From NCBI RefSeq assembly GCF_036321535.1, contig NC_087436.1, positions 186,001 to 250,000 on the forward strand: 64,000 bases of DNA. The letters run 5' to 3'. A model generated the notes under the pieces. The model searched no databases. It was given only the letters and a program-made list of their open reading frames with translations, and was not told the origin of the DNA. The DNA is from Camelus dromedarius (taxonomy: Eukaryota). Below, in pieces: positions 14,457 to 28,193 of this stretch (position 1 is the stretch's first letter; each line of letters opens with the position of its first letter). The translations under genes and the position numbers were made by a program.

Positions 14457-17400
14457 CTGACAACCCAAAAACCTAGCAGCATAAGGCTCACTAATGATCG
14501 TATTTTTACACAGAAAACTTGCCCCCAATCCACGCTTAAACAGAAAACATGCACGTGCTGTAAACCTCACATAAACGTGAAAAGTGATGTAAATCGCATG
14601 TAAATGCCACAAGAGACGTGAATATCAGGCATGTTAAATTTTAGGGGAGGAGGAATGAAGGATGTCAAAAAGAATGAGTGCATCCACTAATATAACATGC
14701 TGACAGCAGGAGCAGCTGTGTGCAGGGCATAGGGAATATATGGGAACTCCACTTTCTGTGAATTTTTCTGTAAACCTAAAACTGCACTAAAGAAGGAAGC
14801 CTGTTAAGTATATCATTAAATGGCTGAAAATGGAGTAACTGGTGGCATGTTCTTTTGGAGACAATTTTGTGATAGCAGAACCAATGAAAGTATCCCTTCT
14901 ACATCTATAGAATTACTTAGGTTATGAACTAGTTGTAACCCATGAAGGGGATATGCTTCCTTTCAAGGGAGAACCTATCACTGATTCAGGGGTCAGCAGT
15001 TGCTAGCTGTCATCTTCATTCTTAATAGGACAAGTGAAGCTGTGGACATGCCCTGAGGGAAATAGTGGAAGTGACAGCAGGTCTCTGCTGATGAAAGCTT
15101 CACATGCTTTTCATACTCCTTGAGATCTTAAAATGGCAGGTATTCCTACTCCCTGCATTTGCACAAGATTCATGTCCCTGATCCATTGTAGTTCTGACTG
15201 TGTGGACCCAAGGACAACGGGAGTGTCTGAAGCATAATTTGCACGTGGCTGGTAGGGCTTCAGTTCCTCACTAGGCAGGTATTTTTCTGCCCACTGAAGA
15301 ATGCACATTAAAGGTCCCATTTTTAAACTGTTTTCCTTCCATCTACCTTCTTGGTCATAATCCAGAAGCATGTACTCAGGGTCCCTGGCTGCTCCTGATG
15401 GCTGCCCCAGAGAGAAAGCTACAAAGAATGTGAATTTCAAGACTAAGTGAACCACATCATGTTATTTACAGTAACAGCGGGAGGCTGGCTTGCACCTGCA
15501 AGGGAGAGCAGATGGAGTGTTTACAAGCCCCTCCTGGAGCGACACTCCTGCATCTAGATCCCAGCTCCGATGCTAGCTGTGGGGCCTTGTGCAAATTTCT
15601 TATCTTCTAGGGGCTTCAATCTCCTCACCCATATAATGGGGGGATAATAATAGCAATTTATAGGACTATTGTGATGAGTCAATGATTTACTAATTGTGAA
15701 AACAATTAGAACATTAACCACAGGCATGTGAAAAACTCTACCTAAGTATTAGCTATGAATATGGTGACCAAAGTCTTAAAAAGGTGTTTTTCTTAGTTTT
15801 TAAGCCATCAGTTTGTAGAGAAAGCATTTTATTTTCTCCTCTACTCTCTTTCATCATCCTTTCCTTCACAGAAATTCTTCATGATTGTGAAAGGAATAAC
15901 TTTTTGGTGTGTGTGTGATTAAATGTGAAAATTAGTTAAGGCTGAGAAAAATGTATTATAGAAGGTATATAAAGCCTTTCCCACTTGTACAGCACATATA
16001 GGCCATTTAAATGCTATGCATTTTTAAAAAGTCTGCATAATAATTTTTTAATTATTTATTAAGTAATCTTAATAGTTAAGACTCTTTAAATGCTTACTAT
16101 TGCTTCAGCACACGTCTGTTTTTCTAAATCCTCACAATCACCCTGTTGGGAAGGTAATATTATATCTCTTTTACAGATGAGGAAATAGAGCCACGTGGAA
16201 ATGATGCAATTTCCCCAAATGAAGCAACTATTAAGTGAAAGAATTGAAATACTCAAAGAGCCCAAAGACACACTAACTGTAGAGCACTGTCTACTACATG
16301 GTCTGTGAAATTAATTGTAATTCATTTCAGAACTTTTACAAACTTGACACATTTCCATTTTTCTTCCAAGCACTTAATGGGTTCAATATTTCTTATGAAA
16401 CAGGAAAGCTTTCCATTCTCCTTCCTCAAGTTTCTTCGTATTTATCATATTTTCTGATCATAACTTTAACATTTGCTCATTAAAGAAAATTTGAAAGTAC
16501 TCAGTAGTGGACAGAACTGTTGTCCTGGATCTGTCCCCAGTCTTAGAAGGGGACCCAGATTTTGCTTTAGGATAAATAACCTCCATTTTGTTTTTTGTCC
16601 TGTGATTTAAGCTCGATTAACCCACTCTTTCTGAAGCACCAGAGGTAGATCTCAGTTGGTTTAAGACAAATAATACCCGTCATTGTATTGGCCTCGCCCA
16701 TGATTGGAGAATTGACAAATAACCAGTAAGAGCCACTATTATGTGAGGAGATACGTGCTTGTGCCCATGTGAATGATAAGCTTCCTCTATCAAGAGAGGA
16801 AGCTGCCAAAAGAGACCTCTCTTGGTTTGGATGGATGATCTGGGATGCTGAGTGCCTAGAAGTAGCATGATGAGACATCATTGGACACCGAATGAAGACA
16901 GGACAAGACCAGCCCTTGACATCATCTGGGCTACAGTATCTCTCCTTGACTGAAGCCAGACCTCAGATCTGAGGTTTTCATTTACAGGAACCAATAAATC
17001 CCATGCATCCCCATTTTTTGGGTGTTGTTTAAACACATTGGAAATTGATTTTGTCACCTACAATGAAAGGACTCCAACTCTGAAAATGAATAAAAAATAA
17101 ATTAAGAAAAATGCTTCTACCTATAGACATAATTCCTTCAGAAGGGTTCATTGTTTGTATATTACAAATCATTTTATATATTAATTTTATTCTCAAGCCT
17201 ATCGTAAGCATAACATTTTGACATGTCATAAAAAATTTTCATGGACACACTTTTTCATGGCTGGGTATTGTTCTACTTTGTGAAGGGTTGGAAGAATATT
17301 TTGGCTGAGATTTTATATATATATATACACATATAAAAGTATGTCTGTGACTTGCATCCATACTGACTTTTCCCTGCCATTTTGAAATACTTCCTGATTA

Positions 17401-18680
17401 AAAGTTTTTCAAAGCTGAATTAGTGGATTAAAGCATAGGAATATTTTTGACTCTTGATATCAACTGCCAGACTGCTTTCTAAGAAGGCTTGAGGAGTACA
17501 CTAGAAATTAACACAGCATTGTAAATCAACCATACTTCACAAAAAATATCCAGTAACCTAGGCATGGGATTGGTGATCACTGGCATTTCATCCTCATAAA
17601 CAGAGCTGTGTCACTTGAGAGGTGGAAAACTACTTCATTTTGATGTGCACTGAATTACCATTGGAGTGTGACATCTATTTTTTCTTTGTGAATGTGTGTT
17701 CCTTTTCTCTGCCTTCTATGCTCCTGAGATTTTTTGATGTTACCTTTGAAGTTATCTGAACTCTCTATGTATTGAAGGAATTAGCCCCTTGTTGGATTTG
17801 TAAACAAATAACATCCTCTGGTGTTTTGTTTAAAATTAGGATGCTTCTGATGCATGGAAATCTTTGTATACTTTCCTCAGAAACTTACTGCTCATCTAGA
17901 GTTTGTGTAAACATCCATATTTATTTCTAGTTTTTTTCTAATTGTGTTACTTTTTAAATGTTTCTGGAATTTATCACAATATATGGTTCACTGTATGATT
18001 TCAATCTTTTCTTTTCCCCCCAATTAGCTAACGAGTGTTCCATTCACTGAATAACCTTTATTTATCTCCCTGATTTGTAATGCCTTCCATCTCTTATATT
18101 AAATTATTATTGATATCAGAGCCCATATCTGGACTTCCTGTCCTATTTTCTAATCTGGCTATTCTTGAACTACTAAAAGTCTCATTATCTTATTAATTAT
18201 TATATTACTAATATGATTTTATTCACAATAAACCCCAAATCAATTTTATAACTTCTGATATTTTGGAGATATGATATTTTAATCTAGAATCATGTGATTA
18301 AAGCTTCTTTTATATCTTTCAGTAGTTTTTACTTTTATTTTATGATAGTTCCTACTATCCTTTTCTTAGGTTATTCTAAGATATTTTACCTTGGTTGTTA
18401 CTCTTGGAAAATTTTAGAAATCTTAATGCCTCCATCTGGTCTCTTAATCAGACCCTGGAGAATCCTAAACCACTGATCTGATTTGAACAAATGAGGTGAA
18501 AAGCATTGGGGGAAGCACTGTGAGCAGAAGAGACTGTGGAACCTCAAGAGTGGCGCCCTGCATTGGCTCAGATGTTCTCTGGAAAAACTTTTCTCTATGA
18601 GACTTCATAGTTCCCAGCTTGATTTTCAGTTTTCTCAGGATTTCACATTAGATTTTAAAAAGTCTGTGGCAGGTTCTTAC

Positions 18681-18756
18681 CCAGAAAAAGAGCACTTGCA
18701 CAAAGGGTTATATGTATACACTTTCCCCAGGTGGTAAATGGAACACGCTCTTCTTC
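18681..18756 (-). pseudogene. ANO6: ANO6 pseudo-exon (~exon 12): EEERVPFTTWGKCIHITLCASA/FFW
   Basis: ttag acceptor and gtaag donor. 76 nt versus 78 (-2 frameshift). Confidence 0.95.
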
Positions 18757-20824
18757 CTAATTAAAAAAACAAGTTAAGTCAATCAAGGGATTACACCTAT
18801 GAAATGACTTTTCTCCTAACTGGTCAATAAATCCTAAACATAATTAAAAAAAAAATAATTTTGAGACATAGCCTCATTATTTGTAATTGCATGGGGTTTT
18901 TTCCTGTTTTTTTTTTTCTTTTCTGTTAACGATTTCAAACAAACAACAAAATACGTACAGTGTTCATTTTAATACTATTTTTTGAAAATGCATATGTGAA
19001 CAGTAAACTGTTTCCCTGCCATTGTCTGAGCTTGGGGATCTGGGTACCTGACGAGGCCAAGCTGTAAAGCTCTACTCCTGAGCTGGCCTTAGGTTTCAGA
19101 AGTGACGCTAGTGACAGCAGAGTCCGTGCAGGACAGAATGTTTCACAGGTGTCGGCAGCTAACTGGTCTCCACTGTGTGTTCCTTTGTTGAGCTTTATGT
19201 GTTTATTAGCAACAACTATGAAGTTTTAGAGTTTCCATTTTAGAGTTTATATTTATATTTCATTTTTAGAGATGAAATCAGTAAGACTCAAGTTTTACCT
19301 GGATAATGAAAGCAGATAAAGTATAATAATAGCTGTCACTAAGTACATGGCCCTTCCTCTGTGCCAGGAAGTCTTCCAAGTAGATTCTGCACATAAATTC
19401 GACCCGTCCTTACCATAGTCATGAGGAAGCAACTCTCTTATTCTGATTTTATAGGAAACTATGGTACAGAGAAGTTAAGTTGTCCAAGATCACTCAGGAA
19501 GCAAGCTGCTGTGTTCAAATATGAATTTAGGCAACTTCATTTCCAAGCTCTCACTACCACAACGCTGGCCTCTCTAAACAATGGAGCATACTTTCGCAAG
19601 TAAAGTAAAATGCTTCAATTAAAAAACTAAACAAAATATTAGGCAATTTTTTAAATAAGGAAGAACAATAAAGTGAAATGAGTTTTCATCTTCAATTTTT
19701 CAACAAGCATGTTCTAATGAAAATTTAAACTTATTAGCTGGAAATTTTAAATTTAAAATTGGCAGTTTAAATGACCAAAAAACTTTTATTCAGTATTTTT
19801 TTTGTATACTGCCAATATGATACGTTTTTGTTTTTCAGGACTCAAAAGCATTATGAACATCTAATTTTGTCTAAGTTTCAGCTTTCAACTCTGAATGTAC
19901 AGTCTTTTACCAACATATGCTTTGACTCACATCTTCAGTTGTAAACAATGGGAAATATTCATAATGGGGATTATTAGAAGCTTATTACATTGTAAAAGAC
20001 AAATGTCACTTTCTATTTGTAGCTGAACCTCATTTCTTTCCATTTATAAAAAGAAGAGTTTGACCTGCTCCCTCCAGAACTTTTCAGTGCCAACATTCTG
20101 TAGATCTGTGATTCAATTTATTAAATCTATAGTTGGAGACATTTTCAGATGCTCCTAGTAAAAGCATTTTCTTTCCAAGAGTTATTCATGCTCACAACCT
20201 ACTGTCCTGCTGCTGCTGCTGACTGCAAGTACCATTAGCTCTAAATTATCTCAGCTGATGGAAAGAAGCAATAATACAGATGACTCAAAAAATCATCTTT
20301 TCATAGCTCTGGAATGTTGATACAAAGATATATAGTTTTATTTTTTTAATTTTGCAGCAGGAGAGGCAGCAATAAATTTACATTTTAAGTTATGTAACAT
20401 GCCTAGCTCAAACACTGCTCAAACACTGATGGCATCTCAACAAATGTTTCCCTGCTTGTTCTACCCTTTCTCTGACTTTAGGATGAGAGCCATGCTGCTT
20501 TGTGCACATCCCAACCGGAAGGGGGAGCAGTGACCGCGACTTAGTTAAAGACAAATGGGCACCTAGTCTACGATGAAAAGGAGGCGGCAATAATGAAGGC
20601 ACATGTTAAAAAATGGGAGTCAACTATAAAAACCAATGTGTCTTTCCTCCTACATCTATGTCATAGCAGCTAATTTATATTTTGCATTTATTTATTGGTG
20701 TTATGAAAGGATACAAGTCAATGCCTCTTTTCTCATACACTTATACCAGACCTTTTCTTTTCCCCATTTTTACTGTTAATATGAATGAAGGACCTCAGTT
20801 CTCTTCTGTGTCCACCATTCCAGG

Positions 20825-21005
20825 GAGTGCTCCTTCACCTTGGCTGCACATTATAATAACAAGAGGAACTTTAAAAACTTCCCTATGCCAGAATGTACCG
20901 CAGGCCACTAAGTACCATCAGAGTTAGCAGTGATGGAATCCAGGCACCAACATTTTTTAAGGTCCCCTGGTGATTCCAACATGCAGCCAAGGCTGACAAG
21001 CCCAG
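20825..21005. mobile_element. MER5A-like DNA transposon fossil
   Basis: ccttggctgcacatta...cccctggtgattccaacatgcagccaagg, with inverted ends. Confidence 0.55.
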
Positions 21006-21047
21006 AAGTAAACAGACTAAAGTGAATCTAAACAGCGCCCGCTTTTC

Positions 21048-21184
21048 CTGGGTAATCTCATCTGTCTCCACGTGGGGACACCGCTCCTCCTATTCTGACC
21101 GGACTTGTTCTTCCTGCTCAACCGTGTCCCATTTGTACTCAAGTTATGCCTGGTGCCGCTTCAAGAGCTCCAGAAGTAAGGTGA
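21048..21184 (-). pseudogene. ANO6: ANO6 pseudo-exon (~exon 11): TLLLELLKRHQA*LEYKWDTVEQEEQVRSE*EERCPHVETDEITQ
   Basis: ttag acceptor, two in-frame stops, 6 nt shorter than human. The donor reads gaaaag (GT to GA). Confidence 0.95.
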
Positions 21185-21509
21185 CTAACAGAGAGAGAGA
21201 ACAGCAGAATGTGGATCTTCAGTGATGACTGATGCTTCAGAAATCTGTACTTAATATTTATTACCCTTAACACTTTCGTAAACGGTTAATAAAATCACAT
21301 TTTATTTATAGGCGATACTAAAGAGAAACATCAGTTAATGCCTTTTTTTAAGAAAAAAGAAAATGTAGATTATTTATTGAACTTTTGGAAACAGACTAGC
21401 TCTCTAGCTCATGGGAAAGGTATTAACATGATGGTCAGACACAGGTGACTGTGTCTGATGCTAAAGTATCTGCTACCAGCACATTATGCCCACTAAAAAC
21501 ACAAATATC

Positions 21510-21615
21510 GGGGGGATGGGTATAGCTCAGTGGTAGAGCACGTGCTAAGCATGTACAAGTTCCTGGGTTCAAGCCCCAGTACCTCCATTGAAAAAGAAAA
21601 TTAAAAAAAGGAAAA
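21510..21615 (+). mobile_element. Camelid tRNA-derived SINE (Vic-1-like)
   Basis: gggtatagctcagtggtagagc (A box), gggttcaagcccc (B box), A-rich tail. Confidence 0.88.
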
Positions 21616-22039
21616 GTAACTGTCACAATTTAAAAGCAGTGCACGGTCCACCCGCCAAAGAGGAGGTCCTTTTCCTCACATACCTCTGTCTCTTCTGTCC
21701 AATGTACCTGAGGGTGGGGAAGGGGATTAGAATGCTTTAGTAACCCCTCCATTTCTATTTTCCACCACCCCAGTCACACAAAATTAAAATAATATTCTTA
21801 AATATGGAAAACTGCCATTTTCCTCAATCTTCGGTAAAGTAATTTTTAGAAATCGTCAATCTGTTTTAAGACTCGTCAATTCAAATAGACAAAAACAACA
21901 TGAAATGTTTATTGAAAAATGTGGCTTCAGGGTAAATCCCCTAAGCCCTTCTTCCAACCAGACTGTTACTCCTAGGCCATAACTCTAGAGAAATTCCAGA
22001 ATAACCACTGTTCCCTCCACCATTATACCTGAGTCTCTA

Positions 22040-22860
22040 CCATGCTCTGAGAATAAAGAGAAAAAAGACACAGTCCCTGCTTCCGGGAGCTCCTAGGTGC
22101 ACAGGACTCATCATGAAATGATGGCTGAGGAGGCTTGTTAAGACGGCTTGGATAACAGTCAGCAGTGGGTGCTCGGGGCAGAGAGCCGGAACTGTAGCCA
22201 ACGCTCTCCCAGAGGAGGGAACCACTGTGGTGAGTTCTGAGATGCCCTAGAAGTGATCAGGTGAAGTTATAATGTTAAGGCCATTTCTCCCTGGGGAGCT
22301 GCACATGCAAAGGAGGGAGGCCAAAGAGAGCCAGGTCACTTCCAGGAACTGCAAATAGTCTAGAAGTGAGAACAGGGTGTGGGAGGCAGGTGAGGCAACC
22401 AGGTGGAGAGATCACAGGTGCACATCACACAGGACTCTGTGTGCCTCCAAGGTAAAGGAGACATGCAAATTGATCTAGAAAGAAAAAAGATAGAGGCAGG
22501 GAGACCTATTGGCAGGTTCATGTGAAGGCCTGCTGAGGCCCCGCTAGGAGGAGAGAGAAGAAAACATTTCAGCAGGTGGACGGATTGGCCACAGATGTGA
22601 TGGAAGGGCAGGAAGAGGTCAAAGATGCCGGCCAGCTTTCTGGCTTTGGCAGTGTCCTAAATTATAGTGCCATTTCCTAAAACAAGAAGGGCAGGAAGAG
22701 GAGCAAGTCGTGAGAGGAGACAACTGATTCAGTTCTGGCTGGGTGCCTGTGGGCTCCAGGAGAGATGTCCAATAGGCAAATAAAAGTCTAGAAATCGGGA
22801 GAAAGTTCTAGGCTGAGCCAAGTAGTTTTCCTGCTTCAAGAGGCTAATGGTTGTGAGTGG
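22040..22860. mobile_element. Decayed L2-like LINE fragment
   Basis: Purine-rich L2-type motifs (agacacagtccctgct, gcacatgcaaagg, agagatgtccaataggca). Confidence 0.5.
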
Positions 22861-22974
22861 ACAAGCTCACGAGAAGAGACGTAGAGGGGTAGCTCTCACC
22901 GTCCTGCACATGGGAAGCATCTGGGAGCCTTTAAAACATAGTGCGCCCCAGCCTGGTGTGGGGCCTTTGTACTG

Positions 22975-23108
22975 TTTATTGTTTTTTAAATACTTTCCTT
23001 TGTTGGGGGGGTAGTTAGATTTATTTATTTTAATGGAGGTACTTGGAATTGAACCCAGGACCTCTTGCATGCTAAGCAAGTGCTCAGCCACTGAGCCATA
23101 CCCTCCCC
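22975..23108 (-). mobile_element. Camelid tRNA-derived SINE (Vic-1-like), inserted in a MER5A-like element
   Basis: Reverse complement ggggagggtatggctcagtggctgagcacttgcttagcatgcaagaggtcctgggttcaattcc followed by an A-rich tail. Confidence 0.88.
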
Positions 23109-25074
23109 ACCATTTTTTTGTTTTTAGACATTAGCTCTACTGAGCAGTCAGGGTTGAGAATCAACCTGTAGAGAGCAGAGAGCCTTGGGGTAGAGATCAA
23201 GGAGAAGCTTCCCAGAGCCCTGCAGACCCCAGCAAGGGCAGCCGGAGATGCAGGGAGCCTCGGATGGGCTGTGAGGAACGTGAACTCAACACTCTCCAAT
23301 GACAAACATGTTTCAAGCACCCACTTCCCAGCAGTGTTTCTTCTGAGTTTACTACTTTTCCAGTAATACTGGGTGAGAATAGAAATAATCTGGACAAAGG
23401 GATCAAATTCAAATGCTCGTTCTGACCATTCTTAGCTGCGTGATTACTGATTAAAAGGTTACCGGTCTGCCATGTGTAAACTGGGGGACCTAGAACCGTG
23501 CTCGTGGGCTGCTGTGAGCGTAATGAAATGACAACTATAAAGGCACTCCTGACTCTCAGAGGTAATTGCTACTATTGTCCCCATTTGGGACACCAAGAAA
23601 CAGAGTCACAGAAAGCTTCAAACATTTGCCCAAGATGAAGGTTAGTGTCTGGAATCAAGCCAATGACTTCGTGGATCCAGAGCCCAGGATCTTCTTACGA
23701 ATAACACGGCACTGCCCAGGTTCCCTGCTCCAAAACCCGCCTCCCTTTGGCTCAGTTCCATGGGCCCTGCGCTGCACAGATGTCGTCACTGCCTGCCTGC
23801 CCGCCCGGTGTCTGACCCCGGCACTGCTCCCTCCATCTCACACACCGCTTCCTTGGGCACACCAACCCTCACGAGGCCATTGCTGTGGGTACTCGGATGT
23901 TTACACGGAAACGCAGGTGGCAGCCCAGCTTTTTGCTATAGATGCTGCTGTCAGTGGAGGCAAAGAGCTCACAGTTGGTGGCGGAGGCCACTTCTGGTAT
24001 CCTCCTTGGCTGGAGAGCTGGATGGAATCCAGTTTCCCTCTGCAACTTAGACATCCAGCATGAGAGTTATGTAAGGCCATCTGGCCTCTCAACATAGAAA
24101 TGATGCCCCCGCAGTCGTACTTAATATTGTAATCTCCTGGCTCCACCAGGGAGCAGAGGCCATGGCCTGTTGTCCAACAATTTTGTTTCCTTACACGACA
24201 GCTACAATGGGGTGAGTAAACACCGGACCAGAAAATCTACAAAGCCCTCGTGTACTATTTCCTGACACTTGCAGGTCACCCAAATACCCCAGATCCTCCA
24301 AGTAAACAACTAGTAAGAGGAACTGAGCTGGCTCGTCTGTCAGATCCCTGATGGCAGGACGGATTTGTCCTCTCCTGCTCTCGGGATCATCCGTTCTCCT
24401 TCTGTGTGCCCTTCCCCGATTGAAGGAGACTGTTCTTTGTTTATGGGCTATGGAGTATTTGTGGCTGTCTGACGAGAACCTTCGAAACTAGAGCTCTTGG
24501 TGAGAATGGAAGCATGGCACCCACGTCTCATGAGCTCAGCTACCGAACAGCCTCATCTAGCCAAGACTGTGGCCAACACCAGGGGTCCACGCTGTTGAGT
24601 GTTGGGTCTGGAGAGCAATGCCTCCACCACTGAGAAGCTGCCCCACCACTTGTGCCCTTGTCCCCATCCAGGGGGAGGTGATGCATCCATGGGGTGAAAG
24701 CCTTGAGGGCACTAGGTGACTGTGGACCAAGCTGTGACTGGCTGGTCCTGCCCCCCAAGTGACCCATGTTACCCTCACATGCAGAAAATCCCCAAAGAGA
24801 CCCCTGCTTGAGGGAATGGGTCACCTATAAGCCAACTGTCCTCGGGCCACCTAAGAAGCAACACAGTATACACAGTGAGCCACCCACTCACTACAGTATC
24901 CAAGGCTCACAGTTCCCTCATGGGACACCATGTACCCCCAGCAAAAAGAAGACCGTTACTTTGTAATTGACTTGAGAATTCTACTGAAAACACTGCCTTC
25001 CACCTTCCACTTATGAAGTTCTTTCCACTGTGTCCCCTGCTCTGCAATTGTGCAATCAGTCCAGAGCTCCCTCA

Positions 25075-25668
25075 TGAGAAAGGAAGGAAGGGGCCGGGCA
25101 AATCCAATAAAGGAATGGCACAGCCTTTAGCACCAAGATGGTGGAAAAGTCAACTCCCAGTAGATCTTGAGCTTCAATACACACTCACCGAAATACAGCA
25201 GGATGTTAAATGGCACTCCCAAAGGTCCCAGGACAGGTTCAAGGCTGACCATAAAATGTCAAAGGGTGAGTGGTGGCCCAATTTCTGGGAATCCCAACAC
25301 CTTTCCCAAAGCAGTTGGAATATTCCTCCCACTTATTACCATATGAAGATACTGAGTGCATAAAATCTAACAATCCCACACCTCGTGGTTGCTCTCTCTG
25401 CTGAGATAGACAGCACACACACTGTCTGTGGAGTGTGTATCTACTTTTACTTTAAACTGGAGCACCCAACCCCCATGCCTCATGGCCTTTCTGTTGTCTT
25501 CTGAAACAGCCCACTCTGTCTATGGTGTATATATCTCTCTGAATAAATCTACTTTTCCTGAACTGTGGCTCTCGAATTCGTTGCTGGGCAAACCAAGGAC
25601 CCACACTTGCTGAGGTGAATCCCAGGGACACAAATATGACCTGGGATATGGCCATCCTCTCCCCCACA
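25075..25668 (+). mobile_element. Solo ERV1-like LTR
   Basis: TG...CA ends, TATA-like cataaaa near 25360, aataaa near 25542, LTR-like U5. Confidence 0.6.
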
Positions 25669-27958
25669 TTTTCCTGTATCATACATTCCTTCCCAAAGGA
25701 TCTCACCTTGTGCACTCCAAAATAGACAGCACTCATGTGTCCTGACCAGGATCTGCTCCTGTGTGTATCATTTCTTATTTCCACTAGAACATCAACTTCA
25801 GGAGGACAAGGATTTGGTTCTGTTCACAAAGGAAGCACCAGCACATCACAGGTGCTGGAGAAGTATTAGCTGAATGAATGAGCTGTGGGAAGTCCTGGGA
25901 TTTCCACCTGGAACTCCTAGCCTCTTGGGTCCCAGCTGACTACAGGTGCTCCCTGCTACTCATGGCTGACCTCTTGCCACCACTCTCTGCTCTGCCATCA
26001 CCTGAGCTGGGATGAGCTGAGATGGGCACACACCCCAGAGAGCATGGCTCATGGTTCATGCCGTTACAACACACTCGCCCCTTGACTGTTAGAGGTTACT
26101 TAGGGTGGACAAACTGAAGGCAGCACCATGTGCACCGCCCTACCCCACAACTCACTTGAAGCACCAGGACTGCACACAGGGGAAACGCTGGCCCTTTGCA
26201 ACCTAAGGAGAGGGACTATGGGTGAGAAGAGGGTCTCCGTCAACTAACAGTCTCTTTACAAGCCCAGTCTTAGGAAAGCTCTTTAAAGATACTTTTTGTA
26301 TCATCCTTGTGTTTCTGTAATCCCTCTAGATTTTGTCATTTTAATCTACACATCAGAAATACAGATATTCTTGAAATCTCTATTGATTTTCAATGAAGAA
26401 AATCCTCAATTTCCTACACTGCTAAGAAAATTACTGCACTTTATTTAAAAAAAGCAGCTTCTTTCATGACTTCCTATCTTTAAACACCTAATTTCACAAG
26501 AATCAGTGAAGCAGGACATGAAAATCATGCTATGCTTTATCACCTACAGGTGGGCAGGGATGAAATGAATGAGTACTGATCTCATGAGATGGGAAGGCTG
26601 GGTCTGTATTATTCCAGCTACAGATGGAAGGGTCCGTATCTGTGAGGGTGAGGAAGGACCAAGGATGAGAAACCAACATTTTCTAACCCATTTCTCTTTT
26701 TCAGAGTCCCAGACAAAACAGTGTGATTGTATCAACTAAAACAAGAACATCTGCACCCTTCTAAATGCACGCTACAACTTTACTACTACACACGGCACTC
26801 TGTCACTGACCTAAAGGCTGATGACAGCCAAGAAATTTGCAGGGATCTTATTCTGTGCTCATCCCTTTTTGTCTTTGGAACCTCAGGATATTTGCCTCCT
26901 CTCCCTGATTGTCATTTTCCTCATCCTTCAAATGGGAGTGTAACAGTCATTCATTTGCTCAGGGTCTATTCGACAACTGGAGACGGCTTATGAAAACAAC
27001 AACAACAAAAAAAGCAAAACAGCAATTCTGATCTGTGCTGTCTTCCTCCTCCTCCCTGAACATGAATGGCATCTTTCACTGAATCCCGAACTTAAGGAGT
27101 AGTTCTGATGAGGAAGTCACAGGACTGCTGTGTAACAGAGAAATGACCTGGAGAAAAAGAATGAGTTGCCAGCAAATCCTCAAAACCCATAAGGGTGCAA
27201 ACCCTGGGAGCTACAGGCATGGGTGGGAGTTCCTTGGTTCCCCATTTCACAAATGGGGAGAACTTTGCAGGGTCCATGAAAGACACAGATAGCCCAGTAA
27301 AACCACACCATGTTTTGGAGTACACCAGGGCCACGTCGCTGCTGACCTGTACTTCTTTGTGTCCCAGAGCAAGAGCCCTGGGCAGGGGTGACTGTGTTTG
27401 AGAATGGACAAGAACTTTCTGTTCTGTCTCTATTGCTTTATCTCTTCCTGCAATAAAACAACTGGTAGGACTCTGGTGGGGAGCAATATACCCACATTCT
27501 CTGGCAAACCACACACCAGGCAGCTCTAGCTGATCTGAGAGAGGACTATTCAATGAACATATATACACCAAAGTCAGGCAGAAGGCTGCCTGTGACCTTG
27601 GGAATCCAAACCAGCTTGTCCTCTTAATCAGGATATTCGACATCTAAAGAAAGTGTGCACCAGATGAAGACAATGACTTAGACAGCGTTGGTGGTTATGG
27701 CCAGCAGTATCTAAGGACAAGTCATGCTCTGGCAGATGGGAGCATTTTGGTTGCTTTAAGAGTTTGCTACTGAAGGGCTGGGACATTTCATTGGGCCTTG
27801 AAACTCCAGACCTCTTTACTCACAAAGGCAGACAAGTTAGGTGAGCCAGCTCAGCCTTTATTCCAACTTCCTAACCAAAATGCTATGAGGTTGAAAATAT
27901 ATTTCTCAGACTCTTCTGCAGCAAGGGTTCCAGATGTGGCTTTAAAAATGCCCATCAG

Positions 27959-28193
27959 AGATTGAAATTTGCAAATATTAACTACTATATATAAAAATAG
28001 CTAAAAAAACTAAATTTCTTCTGTATAGCACAGGGAACTATATTTAATATCTTGTAATAACTTTTAATGAAAAATAATATGGAAAGGAATTCATACATAT
28101 ATATGTGTATATGAATGACCGGAACATTGTGCTGTACATCAGAAATTGACACATTGTAACTGACTATACTTCAATTAAAATATATATATATAT
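27959..28193 (+). mobile_element. Short 5'-truncated L1 3' end with target-site duplication
   Basis: ctgtatagcacagggaacta 3' UTR motif. Flanked by the direct repeat aatgcccatcag (27947-27958 and 28194-28205). Confidence 0.88.

Noticed and set aside
21510..21590. tRNA-Ala-like sequence (and five similar copies)
   Set aside because: Diverged, A-tailed, dispersed and in some cases flanked by target-site duplications, so SINEs rather than tRNA genes.
24426..24499. Plus-strand exon-like segment ending in gtgaga
   Set aside because: No recognisable peptide and no partner exons.
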